Assembly: GCF_004010195.1 (NCBI RefSeq)
Contig: NC_057719.1
Coordinates: forward strand, 69,299,193-69,363,192
Source of the DNA: Chiloscyllium plagiosum
Lineage: Eukaryota
Reading direction: 5' to 3'
Length of the DNA stretch: 64,000 nucleotides
The position numbers were made by a program, and so were the translations under genes. A model generated the notes under the pieces. The model was not told the DNA's origin, made no database searches, and worked only from the letters and a program-made list of their open reading frames with translations. Of the stretch, positions 50,657 through 63,136 are shown piece after piece. Each line of letters begins with the position of its first letter. Position 1 is the first letter of the stretch.

Positions 50657-53096
50657 AAATTCCTCAGTCATTTTTAATTACAAAAGAAATACGAGCAGGG
50701 TACACTGTTAACAAACTAGATTTAGGAAGCCTGTTTCCAAAAGTTATGACTCTACTTTTACATCAACTCCATTTATCACACTATCCCCGCACTCCTCAAT
50801 TTTACAAAGTGTCCAAAATCTAATCTGTCTTGAGCGCACATAGCGATTGAATATCCAAAGCTCTATGGGATGGCAAATTCCAAAAGATTCGCAACATCTT
50901 TAGTGAAGACGTTTCTCATTCACATCCTAAATTGCTGATCCCTCATCAGACAATGATCTCCTGAAATCAGGCTCTCTAATCAGGAGAGGCAGCCTGCTGG
51001 TATTTATCCTGTCAGACCCAGGATTTTGTGTTTCAACAAGATCACCTCTGATTCTTCTGAACTGCACAGAATACCATTTTCAATTTCCCCTCAAGACAGG
51101 CTTCTCACCCTAGAATACAACTAGGAAGACAATGAAAATTTGTATGGCATATTGGATAGTGGTGGTGCTTAAATATTGGTTTGTTAGCTTGAATGCAAGT
51201 CACAAAGGTGATGGGATGTAGTTGTTTCAAAATTTTTAACCAGAGTCTCCAAAGTGAAATTAATTTGGACATTTAATTGGTTCCCTAAAAGGTTCAAGAC
51301 TGCAACACAAAAAACTCACCTGAAATGGCAATATCATTCATATAGGAGACAAACATCTAATAGAAAATAATTCTAATGCAAATAAAATGCACTTCAGTTA
51401 GGGGTTGAAGCACATTGGCTTGGAATCTACAAGTAAGCTGTAAACGGTTTTCCCTCCCAACATTACTATTAAAAACCCACCAAAACCTTGTTCAATGAAC
51501 AGTGAGTGGGTGTTTAAAGGCAAAGTATTGGCTACTGCTTGAAAACCTCTCTAGTTTGGAGAAATTATGTTGAATTTGGTTAATATCTCAATGATGATTT
51601 ACTATTTTTGAGATATTAAAATTTTAATTTTTTAAAAAATGATTGTAATTTCTACTTTAACCCCAGTCTACACCTTAATCTTTATTTCATACAGTAAAAT
51701 TTTAAAGTGATCTTATGATGAGAACTTTTTATTTCCTAATTCTTTCAGGTTGCACGGGCAATTCAGAAAACATTATTGGTGTTATCACTATGCAGTCAAT
51801 GACTTGAAGTCCCATTGAATTTGCTCCAATCAACTGCAGGTTGACAGAAGGAAAATTGCTGCCACACCCGAAGAGTTTCTCCTCCATTTTCTGGTTATAG
51901 CCGAAATGTTGACTTCTCCAGCTCCTGATGCTGCCTGGCTTGCTGTGTTCTTCGAATCTTCTGCCTGTCTACTTTTGTTTCAACCCTTCTGCATTCACAG
52001 TATTTTGCTTTAAGTTTACCTTTAATCAACCTGTTTGACTTTGAAATTTTTTAAAAGACGACTTATTTTAACCAACAAATCACCTGTGATTGAATAGTTA
52101 AACCGCATGATATTTTCATTATTCTTAGTGTAGTGTACTGTTTTAAAGTCATCCACATTATCACACCATTGTTTGTATATATTAAACATTTGTCAAAGAT
52201 TGTCCTTTTAAGAATGCATTCCTATGTCAGTTAATTCAGTTACAGTATCACTGGGGTCTAGACTGCAAAAACAAACCCCCAAAATTAATTCAAATGTACA
52301 AATAGGTGCATCTGGTTAGATTTCAATGGAAAATAACCAAACATGAATGAGACCTTGTATTGCTGCAAGTACCAAATTCCAACTTAAGATGTCTCCAACA
52401 CGAAAGACTTGCAACTGTAAATACATCCAAGATTTAAAACAAGATCCCCAGTGAGCACATCCAAAGCCACAAATCATTTTGCAATATCAATCATATGCAT
52501 TTTAAATAAGGGCATTTGCTTATTCATTTAAATTCAACTTTAAAACAAGAAGTGCTTAGCTTTTTTTTAATAAAAATCAAAACATTTCTCCCGTGGAACC
52601 ATGCCAACATCAATTTTTCTCAACACTTTGACATTAATTATTTCACAGCAGCAAAGCTAACTTATGTGGTTATGTGGTTTAGAAATTTCAAGGGCAATGT
52701 GAAATTAACATAACTTAATTTCATGGGAATACAAATGTATTCTGGTGTAAAAAGTGATTCATAGCACGAACCTGTCAAACAGAATTATATCATGCCATAA
52801 CTCTGTGACGCCAACGTCTATTTCAGTAGCAAGAACAGACATTAAAGCAAGACATTAAAATTGCTCATTTGTTACCTAAATTGTCTTGAAATTAACTTCA
52901 AAGCAAACTTCTAATTTGATGTTACAGGTGAAACCTCAACTTGGTAAGCTCGCTGTGTAGTATCCAACAACCAGAGACTCATCCTAGTGCATCGCAGACC
53001 AGTTATTTGCTAGAACTCCAAGTTGAACTATGATAACAAATCAGCAATCATGAAGCTGGGATGCTACCTGCATATTCTTGCCTCTTGGTGAGGTTG

Positions 53097-53443
53097 CAGA
53101 GCGTTTCAGAGAACACCTCTGGGACACCCGGACCAACCAACCCAACCACCCTGTGGCTCAACACTTCAACTCCCCCTTCCACTCCACCAAGGATATTAAC
53201 CTGCAATCTTCTTCCTGACCTCTCCGCCCCCACCCCAGTCTGACCTATCACCCTCACCTTGACCTCTTTCCACCTATCGCATTTCCGACGCCCCTTCCCC
53301 AAGTCCTTCTTCCCTACCTTTTATCTTAGCCTGCTGGACACACTTTCCTCATTCCTGAAGAAGGGCTTATGCCCGAAACGTCGATTCTCCTGTTCCCTGG
53401 ATGCTGCCTGACCTGCTGCGCTTTTCCAGCAACACATTTTCAG
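53097..53443 (+). mobile_element. 5'-truncated PLE (end of endonuclease plus pseudo-LTR)
   Basis: RFREHLWDTRTNQPNHPVAQHFNSPFH; 15-bp TSD CTCTTGGTGAGGTTG at 53082-53096 and 53444-53458. Confidence 0.88.
53351..53386 (+). ncRNA. Minimal hammerhead ribozyme motif
   Basis: CTGAAGA(53355-61) A GGGC-TTAT-GCCC GAAACGTC(53375-82). Confidence 0.7.
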
Positions 53444-54782
53444 CTCTTGGTGAGGTTGACTTGCAACAATTCTAATTTTTCCAAATCTGTTGCTAATGTT
53501 TCTAACCTTATGTGAACAATGAGCATAGCTTCAGTACAAAGCAAAGAATGTGACAATGACTCAAATATTTCAATGGAAGACCCATTTTATGGGAGGAAGC
53601 CCAAATTCAGTACACTGCACAAGGTAATGCCCGAATTGTGCAGAGTGCCTTGATGTAGCTGAATGTTGGCTTTCTTGGTTAATACTATGCAAGCTGCTCT
53701 GTTATCAAATTGAATTTTATGCTAATCACAGCATTATGATGCAGGAGGCAGCCATTCAGCCTACTGCCGTTCAGAGGGGTGGGTAGGGAGAGAACACATG
53801 CAGAGATAGAAGTTGATTCATTTGAGTTAATTGCAACTAGTTCCTCCTCTACTAGAGAAGAGAGCTAACTGTTTGAAGAGTCGCTGCTCAGTTTTTTTAG
53901 GTCTTTTCTATTCCTGTTTTAGCAGAGTATACAAATTGGTGATAAAGTGAATAAAATATTTAAAAATAAACATCAATGAGCAAATAAATAATTAAGACAA
54001 TGCACGTCAGGAGAGAAATGTCATAGTTACAGCATGTCGGAGCTCCTGGAAGTCAATTTGGTCCACAGCAAACATGTCTGTGACAAGTATTTGACATTCA
54101 TGCAGCTTCAGCTCATGATTTAGGGGTTGGAGGCTGAACTACAGGCACTGAAATGCATCAGTAAGGTGGAAAGTCATCAAGATTCTTGGACCAGGAGGCA
54201 GTCACACCTCTTAAGATTGGGTCATCTGATTTAGCCCATATTCAAGGACAGGAGAATGCAATTATGAATGAGGCAAGGAAGAGAACCCAGTGGGCTGTCA
54301 ACCTCTGCAATCATCCAGATTGGTTCTTGACCAGTCATGATCAAGAATAGTCTCTAACTTACAGCAAATTATAGACAGTCCTCAATAACACTTTCTGACA
54401 AATATATTATGTGACATCAATGTTGTCTTTTCTCACTGCTTTTGACCTCTGGGAAGCTGGTTCTGAGTAGATGAATGGTGAAGAATATCCCTCTCCAATT
54501 CCCAGGTAAGCATAATTCTGACCTGTAGTGGCTTGCCAAAAGACACGACATTGCTCATGTATTAACTATTTATTCCCAGCATGTGGGTACCTTTAGCAAA
54601 GCCAACATTTAGTGATCATCCCTAGATGCCCTGTAGTGGTGATGAACCATTGTCTTCAAGTTCTGCAATCACAAATATGTTCCACCACAGGCCCCAACCC
54701 ACAGGATGCATTTTCTGAAATAAGACATGTTGATGAAGTAACTTATTTTGACTGGCATCAGAAGCTGTTGTTATCAACACAT

Positions 54783-55035
54783 GGGCAACACTATGGCTCA
54801 GTGGTTAGCACTGGTGCCTCAGTGCTCAGAACCTGGGCTTGATTCCAGGAGTATGATGTTTGTATATTGTCTCCATGTCTGTATGGGTTTCCTCCCACAG
54901 TCCAAAGGTGTGCAGGTTAGGTGGATTAGTCATCGGAAACACAGGGTTACATGGATAGGGTAGGGGCATGGGTTGCTTTCTGGAAAGTCAGCGTGGTCTT
55001 AAAGGATCGAACGTGGGGATTCTATGGTTCTATGA
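54783..55035 (+). mobile_element. HE1-related SINE, older
   Basis: tggctcagtggttagcactggtgcctca..gggtttcctcccacagtccaaagg..gggattctatggttctat. Confidence 0.75.
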
Positions 55036-56049
55036 TGTACTGTTTTTGTTATGGCACAAATACTAGTGTCTGTGCACAGGGCTTGAACTAAAGGGCTACA
55101 ATGGGCCCTGTACAGTACAGTACAGTAATGGCATGAATTATCGCAAAGCATGAGGAAAGCTCATGCAATTACTTTGCTGTGGTGAGCACATCCTGACATT
55201 TATTCATGAGGGAAATCTTTTTAAAAAGGTCAAAGAATTGATGTTCAGAGCTGCAACAAAACCAAATAAACAGAAGGACACTTAGAAATATTATACAAAA
55301 CATGGGACAGGAACTTTTCCAACATACAAACACTGAATTAAAGGATGATGGCATGTCAGTTGGAAACTTGGTTTATGAGGAAATAGTGGAGCAGCTTACC
55401 AGTATGTAGAGACATAGATGACAGAATAAAAGTCATAAATGACTTCTCTAAAGCCTTCAGTTGGACCACAGTTGAAGTACAGAATGTAGTTGGTTCCAGG
55501 TGCCCTGTTATATTAAGGCTTTCAATATAATGGAAAGATGCTACATAGATTCACTGAGATGATACAAGGGTTGAGATTGTAGCTCCAAGTACAATCCATT
55601 GCAAACTGTGCTTTGAAGTAATCAAAATTGTACAAACACATGAACTGGCCTAAGTGCATCACTTTTAGTGCTGAAAAAAAGGGGCCTGGTCTCTCAGTTT
55701 ACAATGGAAAGGCAAGGTATTTAAAAAGTATAAGGAAATAGCTGAAGCCAGCGATTTCTCACTACAGTAGCACACAAGAGATGTTCACTAAGAAAGCACA
55801 ATAAATGTGTACAGGGCCAACGTGATGTAAGGTGATATAGACTGTACATTCCATAGACTGGTGGATCTTACCAAACAGCATATCTGTCATTTTTCACAAC
55901 AAGTGAGGTACTGATCATACCCAGTAAGCCTGGATTTTGTAAAACTTGGTGTCCAACATTAGCAATGCTTTCGCATTTGGACATCTGGTAGATAATTCTG
56001 AAAGTGTGAGGAATGAAGCTGACATACAGATAAGGAAGGACACCACTTC

Positions 56050-56520
56050 GACTAGGACAACACATCCATCCTAGGACAAGCCAAACAAAGTCACGCACGA
56101 GAATTCCTAGAAGCATGGCATTCTAACCAGAACTCTATCAACAAACACGTTGAGTTAGACTCTATCACCTGAAGGAGGGCTTATGCCTGAAACGTCAATT
56201 CTCCTGTTCCTTGGATGCTGCCTGACCTGCTGCGCTTTTCCAGCAACACATTTTCAGCTCTGATCTCCAGCATCTGCAGCCCTCACTTTCTCCCTATCTA
56301 ACACCCCCTGAGAAGAAGAACAGGAAGTGACCTCACCAACCCAAAGAAACCCAAACATATAAATAGAAAGCAAGAACTATCAGCAGTGCTTCGACCGAGG
56401 CCGACTGAAGATGTTACCTAGTATGCTGACGAAACGTCTCGAAAATGAACCTTCTAGCTCTGTGAGCAAACCTACATCCAGAACCTCAATTTGAGCTAAA
56501 AATCTTCTCAAAACTCGCTA
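56050..56520 (+). mobile_element. PLE 3' fragment with a nested PLE terminus of another family (56168-56293)
   Basis: HHFD*DNTSILGQAKQSHAREFLEAWHSNQNSINKHVEL; nested cctgaaggagggcttatgcctgaaacgtc..ctcactttctcc. Confidence 0.85.
56402..56441 (+). ncRNA. Minimal hammerhead ribozyme motif, second PLE family
   Basis: cga CTGAAGA t GTTA..TGAC GAAACGTC tcg: intact core, helix II GTTA/TGAC, 3-bp helix I cga/tcg. Confidence 0.7.
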
Positions 56521-56886
56521 AGTATGGGAAAGTAATTAGTTGGGGGAGGAGAAATTATACTGCTAGTAGTCAGGAGCTGTGGAGTATAAATTGGGAACAA
56601 ATGTTCTACGGGAAAGGTACAACAGAAATGTAGAAGCTGTTTAAGGGGCACTTGTTGTGAGTGATGGATAACTTTGTCCCACTGAGACAGGCAAGGAATG
56701 GCAAGGTGAAGGAGCCCTGGATGACAACAGCAGAGCAGTTTCTCATCAAAAGGAAGAAGGAAGCTTATTTATGGTTGAGGAAGCAAGAATCTGGCACAGC
56801 TTTAGAGAATTAGAGGGTAGCTAGGAAAGAAACTCAAAAATGGGCTGAGCGCTAGGAGGGGGTATGAAAAAGCCTTGGTGGGAAGG

Positions 56887-56937
56887 CATGATTTGGAAAT
56901 GCTGGTGTTGGACTGGGGTGTTGTGTGATTTTTAACT
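56887..56937. mobile_element. 51-bp insertion (probable retroelement terminus) within CR1
   Basis: 12-bp TSD TTGGTGGGAAGG at 56875-56886 and 56938-56949. Confidence 0.7.
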
Positions 56938-58196
56938 TTGGTGGGAAGGATTAGGGAAAACACAAAGGCGTTCTACATGCATGTGAGGAATAAGAGAATG
57001 ATCAGAGAAAGGGTATGGCCCATCAGGGATAGGGGAGGGAACTAGTGCCTGGAGTCTGAAGAGGTAGGGGAGGCCCTAACTGAGTTTTTCACTTCAGTGT
57101 TTTGAGAGAAACCTTGTTGATAGTGGGAACACAGTGGCCCTGATAAATAGGTTTCAATAGATTGATATTAAGAAAGTGGTTGTGCTTGAAATTCTGGGAA
57201 GCATCAAGATAGAGAAGTCCCCAGGGCCGGACCCAATATATCCAAGATTACTACGGGAAGCGAGGAATGAGATTGGTGCGCCTCTGGCGATTATCCTCAC
57301 TCTCCACAGTAGTACCAGATGATCAGAGGGAGGCGAATGTTGTCCCTCTGTTAATAAAAGAGAATAGGGAAACCCCTGAGAATTACAGACCAGTCAGTCT
57401 TATGTTGGTGGTAAGCACATACTGGAAAGGATTCTGAGAGATAGGATTTATGACTATTTGGAAAAACAGTTTGATTAGAGGTAGTCAGTATGGCTTTAAG
57501 GGGGAAGCCGGTCATGCCTCACAAGCCTTACTGAGTTCTTTGAGGAGGTGACGAGACACAGTGTCGAACGTTGAGCAGTGGATGTGGTGTATATGGATTT
57601 CAGTAAGGCAGTTGATAAGACTCCCATGGTAGGCTCATTCACAAGGTTGGGAGGTATGGGATACAGGGAAATTTGGCTGTCTGAATACAGAATTGGCTGG
57701 CTGAAAGACGACAGTGAATGGTATTGGATGGAAAGTATTCCGCCTGGAGGTCGGTGACCAGTGCTATCCTGCAGGGATCTGTTTTTGGATCTCTGCTCTT
57801 TGTAGTGTTTATAAATGACTTGGATGAAGTAGTGAGAGGGTGGATCAGTGATGACACAAATGTCGGTGGTGTTGTAGATAGTGTCGAGGGCTGTTGTCGC
57901 CTGCAACATGACATTGACAGGATGCAGAGCTGGGCTGAGAAGTGGCAAATAGAGTTCAACCTGGACAAATGCAAAAGTGATTCATTTTGGAAGGCTGAAT
58001 TTGAATGTTGAATACAGGGTTAAAGACAGAATTTTTGGCAGTGTGGAGGAACAGCAGGATCTTGGGATCCATATACATACATCCCTCAAAATTGCCACCC
58101 AAGTTGATAGGGCTGATAAGGCGGCATATGGTGTTTTGGCTTTCATTATCAGAGGAATTGAGTTTGAGCCATGAGGTTTTGCTGCAGCTCTATAAA

Positions 58197-58381
58197 AGGA
58201 GAAAGTGAGGACTGCAGATGCTGGAGATCAGAGCTGAAAATGTGTTGCTGGAAAAGTGCAGCAGGTCAGGCAGCATCCAAGGAGCAGGAGGCTGAAGAAG
58301 GGCTCATGCCCGAAACATCGATTCTCCTGCTCCTTGGATGCTGCCTGACCTGCTGCGCTATTCCAGCAACACATTTTCAGC
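58197..58381. mobile_element. Fold-back PLE derivative carrying a hammerhead motif at its centre
   Basis: Arms gctgaaaatgtgttgctggaaaagtgcagcaggtcaggcagcatccaaggagcaggag / ctcctgctccttggatgctgcctgacctgctgcgctattccagcaacacattttcagc; loop CTGAAGAAGGGCTCATGCCCGAAACATC; 13-bp TSD GCAGCTCTATAAA at 58184-58196 and 58382-58394. Confidence 0.88.
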
Positions 58382-59734
58382 GCAGCTCTATAAACCCTGG
58401 TTAGACCAGGCTTGGAATATTGTGTCCAGTTCTGGTCACCTTATTATAGGAAGGATGTAGATGCTTTAGAAATGGTGCAGAGGAAATTTACCAGGATCTT
58501 CTGCCAAGATTGGCAGGCAAGTCTTACGAAGAAAGGTTGAGTGAGCTCAAGCTTTTCACACTGGAGAGAAGGAAGGAAGTGAGGTGACTTGATAGAGTTG
58601 TATTAGGTAATGAGAGGCATAGATAGCGTATATAGCCAGAGATGTTTCCCCAGGGCAGAAATGGCAGTCACGAGGGATCATAATTTTAAGGTATAGGGGA
58701 GATGTTAGAGATAGGTTCTTTACGGAGAGTGGTGGGGTGTGTGAAATGCACTGGCAGCAGTGGTAGTAGAGTCAGAGACATTGGGGACACTTAGGTGACT
58801 GCTGGACAAGCACATGGATGGCAGTATATTGCGGGGTGCGTAGGCTAGGTTGATCTTAAATTAAGATAAAGGCTCAGCAAGACATCGTGGACCGAAGGGC
58901 CTGTGCTATACTGTTCTATGTTCTAAAAACAAATCAAAGTTGAATGAAGCAGCAAGTTCAGAAGGCTGATGAGGCCAAGTGAATGCCACTGTATTGTCCC
59001 AAAGGAAGGAAACCACTTTGAGGATATGGTTTCAACACCAACAGCAATTAAGCAGCTGCAGTTCACAGCCACATAACCAAGGATTCTGCTAAATTACTAG
59101 TAATTACTAAATTACAGAGTGAATCAATCTGCTGTAAAAATGTACCATTTCTCTATCAAGCCCCTCACATATACCAGCACTTGTATTTAAATTAATGATA
59201 ACATGAAAAATTTAACAATGGGTGATAGGATTTAAAAACAAAATCATTTATGGGATGTGGGTGTCAGTGCCAGAGCCAGCATTTTAATACCCATCCTTAA
59301 TTCCCCTGGAAAAGGCATGATGAGCTGCTTTCTTGAAATGTTTTAATGCCTGGGACTTAGGATAAACCATAGTATGGTTAGAATGGAGGTGCAATGACAA
59401 TGAAGGATTGGTGATATAGTTCCATGATGTTTGATTTGAAGGGGAACTTAAAGGTTGTGGTGCTCCTATCACATCTGCTGCGCTCATCTGCCAACAATGT
59501 GGGAACAACAGTACTGGAGTTTTTCCCCTTTGTATTTGGTAGCTTCCTTCCATATTTAAAGACAAATAACTATATTCCAGTACAGAAACTCATAGTAATC
59601 TAATTCCTGCTTTTGCAATAATCCACTCCATAAATATCAGATTGGCACATGGTTGACTTCTCAAAAATATAATTTTTAATCTTTTAAGGATCAATCCCTA
59701 ACAGCAATATCTTATTGAAACATAAGATCCAGTG

Positions 59735-60245
59735 TCGACCTAATAGGGTGAATATCTAGAAAGTGCTTCCTCTTAGGATGGAGACTAGAACTAGGCAAAG
59801 CAGTTAAGAATGAGAGATCTTCCTTTTAAGATTGGGAGGAGGAGAGTATTTTTCCTGAGGATCATTAGTCTATATAATTCTATTTCCAAGAAAGCCATTG
59901 CAGCTGGGGCGTAATATCAATAGATGCTTGGCCTAGAATCAAATATATTTACTCCAGCTCTGTGCGTGAATGTGTTTGGAAAGGGATTTGTAAACATTTG
60001 GATAGTTTCAAGTTGTATTATCACGGAATGAAACTGCAAAATTTCTACTTATTGCATTTGAAAAGTACAGACTGCAGTTGATTTATTCTAGACCTAGTTG
60101 GTGAGATGTTTGGCCAATAAGGGAGCTAAGGGTAATGAGGTGGCAGACAGGAAAATGGAATGGAGATCACAATCTGTTGAGCCATGATCTTACTAAGTGG
60201 TGAAACAGACTTGAATGGCCAGTTACCAACTCCTGCTCCCATGGG
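59735..60245 (+). mobile_element. Old CR1 3' end interrupted by a copy of local intronic DNA
   Basis: gagactagaactagg..ccttttaagattgggaggaggagagtattttt..; resumes gagatgtttggccaataagggagctaaggg..gccatgatcttactaagtgg..actcctgctcc. Confidence 0.65.
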
Positions 60246-60385
60246 ACTGAAAATGAGTATATGTTAAATCAACAAAGAAAAAAAAACCCAAAGTGACACA
60301 TGGGGCAAAAGGCACAGGTCTAACTGAGAAGATAATTGAACAGCTATCTAAAGTATCTTGAAATGAAGATTTTGAGGTTGCTCAC

Positions 60386-60543
60386 CTTGTGTGCAGTTTC
60401 AGCAAATTGCTGGGAGCTGTTCATCATCTCTGCAGTCTGTTTCTCAGCTCGGCCTAACCTTTCCCCACGTTCATTCAAGGCTTGGCTGGCTTTCTGGACT
60501 GCACTTGTAACACTGTCTGCAGCTGAATGCAAGATACTATTTC
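60386..60543 (-). CDS. STXBP6: Syntaxin-binding protein 6 (amisyn), penultimate coding exon, R-SNARE (VAMP-like) motif
   Basis: rc tcctcttctgtcccag|GA AAT AGT..CAC AAG|gtgag; GNSILHSAADSVTSAVQKASQALNERGERLGRAEKQTAEMMNSSQQFAETAHK matches amisyn. Confidence 0.96.
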
Positions 60544-61584
60544 CTGGGACAGAAGAGGATTTTAAAAATAAATTAGCTTTCTGATTTGTCAAACAATGTA
60601 GCAAAGCAGCAGGCATACGACAGGTGTAATTTATATTGTATCTTTTACACTAGAAATCTCCCAATGCATATCAGAAATGGAAACTAAAAAGTGTCACAAA
60701 TAATAACAAATTGCACAAAATCACATCAGTCCAAAGATTGGAGGGAAAAGTATTATTTTTGTGTTTTCTTCTGATCTACACTTTTTATTGTTTTAACAAT
60801 CTTACATGCTGTTCACTGAAGACATTCTAGTAATTCTGACTGGTACGGACTCTCTGACTGCTCCTCTAGCTTTAATCTCTCCTCTTCACAGGCTTAGCTG
60901 AGATCACCTGCAAGTGGTTGTTGCAATCATGGGAGATAGTATCTGTGTCAATAGTTGGGAGAAAGGAAATGAATACATTTATTATGCAAACTGGCCAAAC
61001 TCGCTGTCGTGTACCTATGTGAAAACTAAACAAAACAGGATTTGTCTCAGCTGTGGTGTGGCGTGCACTGCTCTACTATAATACTGTTGCCTACCATCAT
61101 CTGGACTGATATGATGAACAAACACTTGAATAGAATATGAAAGCAGTGCTGACATCTAAGTAAGCATGAACCAGTGAAGGATTGTCTTTAGGAGACAAGA
61201 CAAAGGATCTTATGATGCCCCACTTAAATTTGTTGCTTTATGCTGTGATATGCTCCAAAGAAATCTGTGCTGGTCAAATCTCAAAAAGGACAACTCCTCA
61301 GTCATGGGCTTGAATTGATGTTTTCTTGTGCTCTCTGAAGGGTATTAGGATGCATATTATAAATGCTTGGTCGAGAACCAAAAGGGATTTATTCCAGCTG
61401 TATGTGCAAGTGCGTTTAGAAACTGATTTGCAAACATTTGGATAGTATTTTGAATAATAGCTGCATCATGATGGAATGAAACTGCACAATTTCTACATAT
61501 TTATATTCAAAGTGCAGACTGCAACTGGTATTTCTAACACGCCTGGAAAACATTGTTCAGCAATCTTTGAGACTTTCACTAAAC

Positions 61585-61980
61585 TGTAAAACCAACATAT
61601 TCCACAAAACTGCCATGGTTGGAAATCCAGAATGAAAGCAGAACACTCAGCAGGCTGCCAGATTTGGTGAGTGTTTCCAGCTTTTCTACTTTTATTGGCA
61701 CTCATGAATTTACTCAAGGCGAGAACTCATGCTTTTTTCCTAATAAGGACATAGATGGAATTTGTCGGCATAAATCAGACCTTCCTATTCTCCTGGCCAA
61801 ATTCAGGATTTGGGGAATTTCCTTCGGCCTTAGGTGAGGACCCAAAACTCTGATGAAGAGTCATCCACTCAAAACCTAGCTTCCTCCCTCTCCATGGATG
61901 CTGCTTCACTCACTGTGACTTACAGCATTTGTTGTTTTCCATACAGATTCCAGTATCTGCAGTAATTTGCTCCTACCTTA
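61585..61980. mobile_element. PLE pseudo-LTR remnants, degenerate hammerhead at 61850
   Basis: CTGATGAAGAGTCATCCACTCAAAAC..gatgctgc..gattccagtatctgcagtaatttgctcc. Confidence 0.6.
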
Positions 61981-63136
61981 TATCACAAAGTTGTTTGTTG
62001 AAAGACTAAACATAACACTAGGTGGCAGAATATTCCATAAATTTATTGTTCCAAATTTGGAGGAATTAATCTTGGAATTACACTCTAATACTGACACCAG
62101 TAACTGGAATGCTTTGCATTGATTTTCAGAATAAAATTCAGGAAAACCCTGACAACTATGGATCCTACCATGGCTTATAAATTCAGGGATGGAAATAGCT
62201 GTTCACACAGGAAATAAAGTGGTTAATAATCTCACTTGAATCTCAGTGGATAAACTGCTAAAAGACTTCACAAAAACTCCAATCTTAACAGCTGCATCTT
62301 CTTGCCACCCACTGACAGATGTATGAGCATTTCTGAAAAGCACAGTATATTCCACAGGAGCACAGTAGGCTGTTACAGTTGTGAACTGTATTGGAATTTC
62401 TTTCTTCCTAGCCTCCAGAGGACGATGAATCATGCTGCAGTATGATTCCACAGATATCAGCAACATTCCTCTACCTCCCACAAGCAACTTTTCACATTTG
62501 AAGCCAGGCAGTCCTCATGGGCTAGTTAGTCAATCTTATCTTTGCTTATAATAAAAAGAACAAATAAGCTGAAACTACACAAAAGGGCAGCTGGGAGGAA
62601 AAAAAAAGAGACAACCTTTCTGCTTTTAACTAGTGAATGATGTCAGAAACAGAATGATGTCATGGTGATCTCAGTGGAACATTAAAGTCCAACACCTGCC
62701 AAATTTCAAATCCTCGCCAGCAATTACCTATTGATTTATTATCCCACTTTAGAATTAGCACCAAAACTTGAAATATACAATTACTGCAGTGACAAGTTCG
62801 TCTGTATACACTATCTCAGCAGATCTCATTCAGCTAGCAATCCAGAATAGGTCTCAAGGCACCATGAGCATCTCTATTTTAAATATGAACACAGAAAACA
62901 CTGATATGTTATGACTTTCATCTTTCGATATTTTGGAGGGATTACAGTAGTTTGGAATAATTGCTTTTCGCCAGGACTTCTGTTTTTAAGTGAAGGTGCT
63001 TTATTTCAATTCAAGTTTAATACAGTGCTTACTAAACAATAGTAGAAGAATGAAGTAGGCTGAATCATATTAACACTGGACTGTAGATTGCAAATTAGAT
63101 CAGAGTCTTTTCAAACAGTTGTATTTCCTAAATGAT

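Larger units (their letters stand above)
56520..58925 (+). mobile_element. CR1 LINE ORF2 (linker, RT, 3' end) with two nested PLE-derived insertions
   Basis: [57 protein letters not shown]; ttctatgttcta tail. Confidence 0.93.

Noticed and set aside
50242..50823. 193-aa ORF
   Set aside because: Antisense read-through of a young HE1 SINE
60344..60616. 90-aa ORF as a standalone gene, or as tomosyn (STXBP5/5L)
   Set aside because: Only 60386-60543 is exonic by splice signals; NSILHSAADSVTSAVQKASQ and the LAMKHKC end identify amisyn
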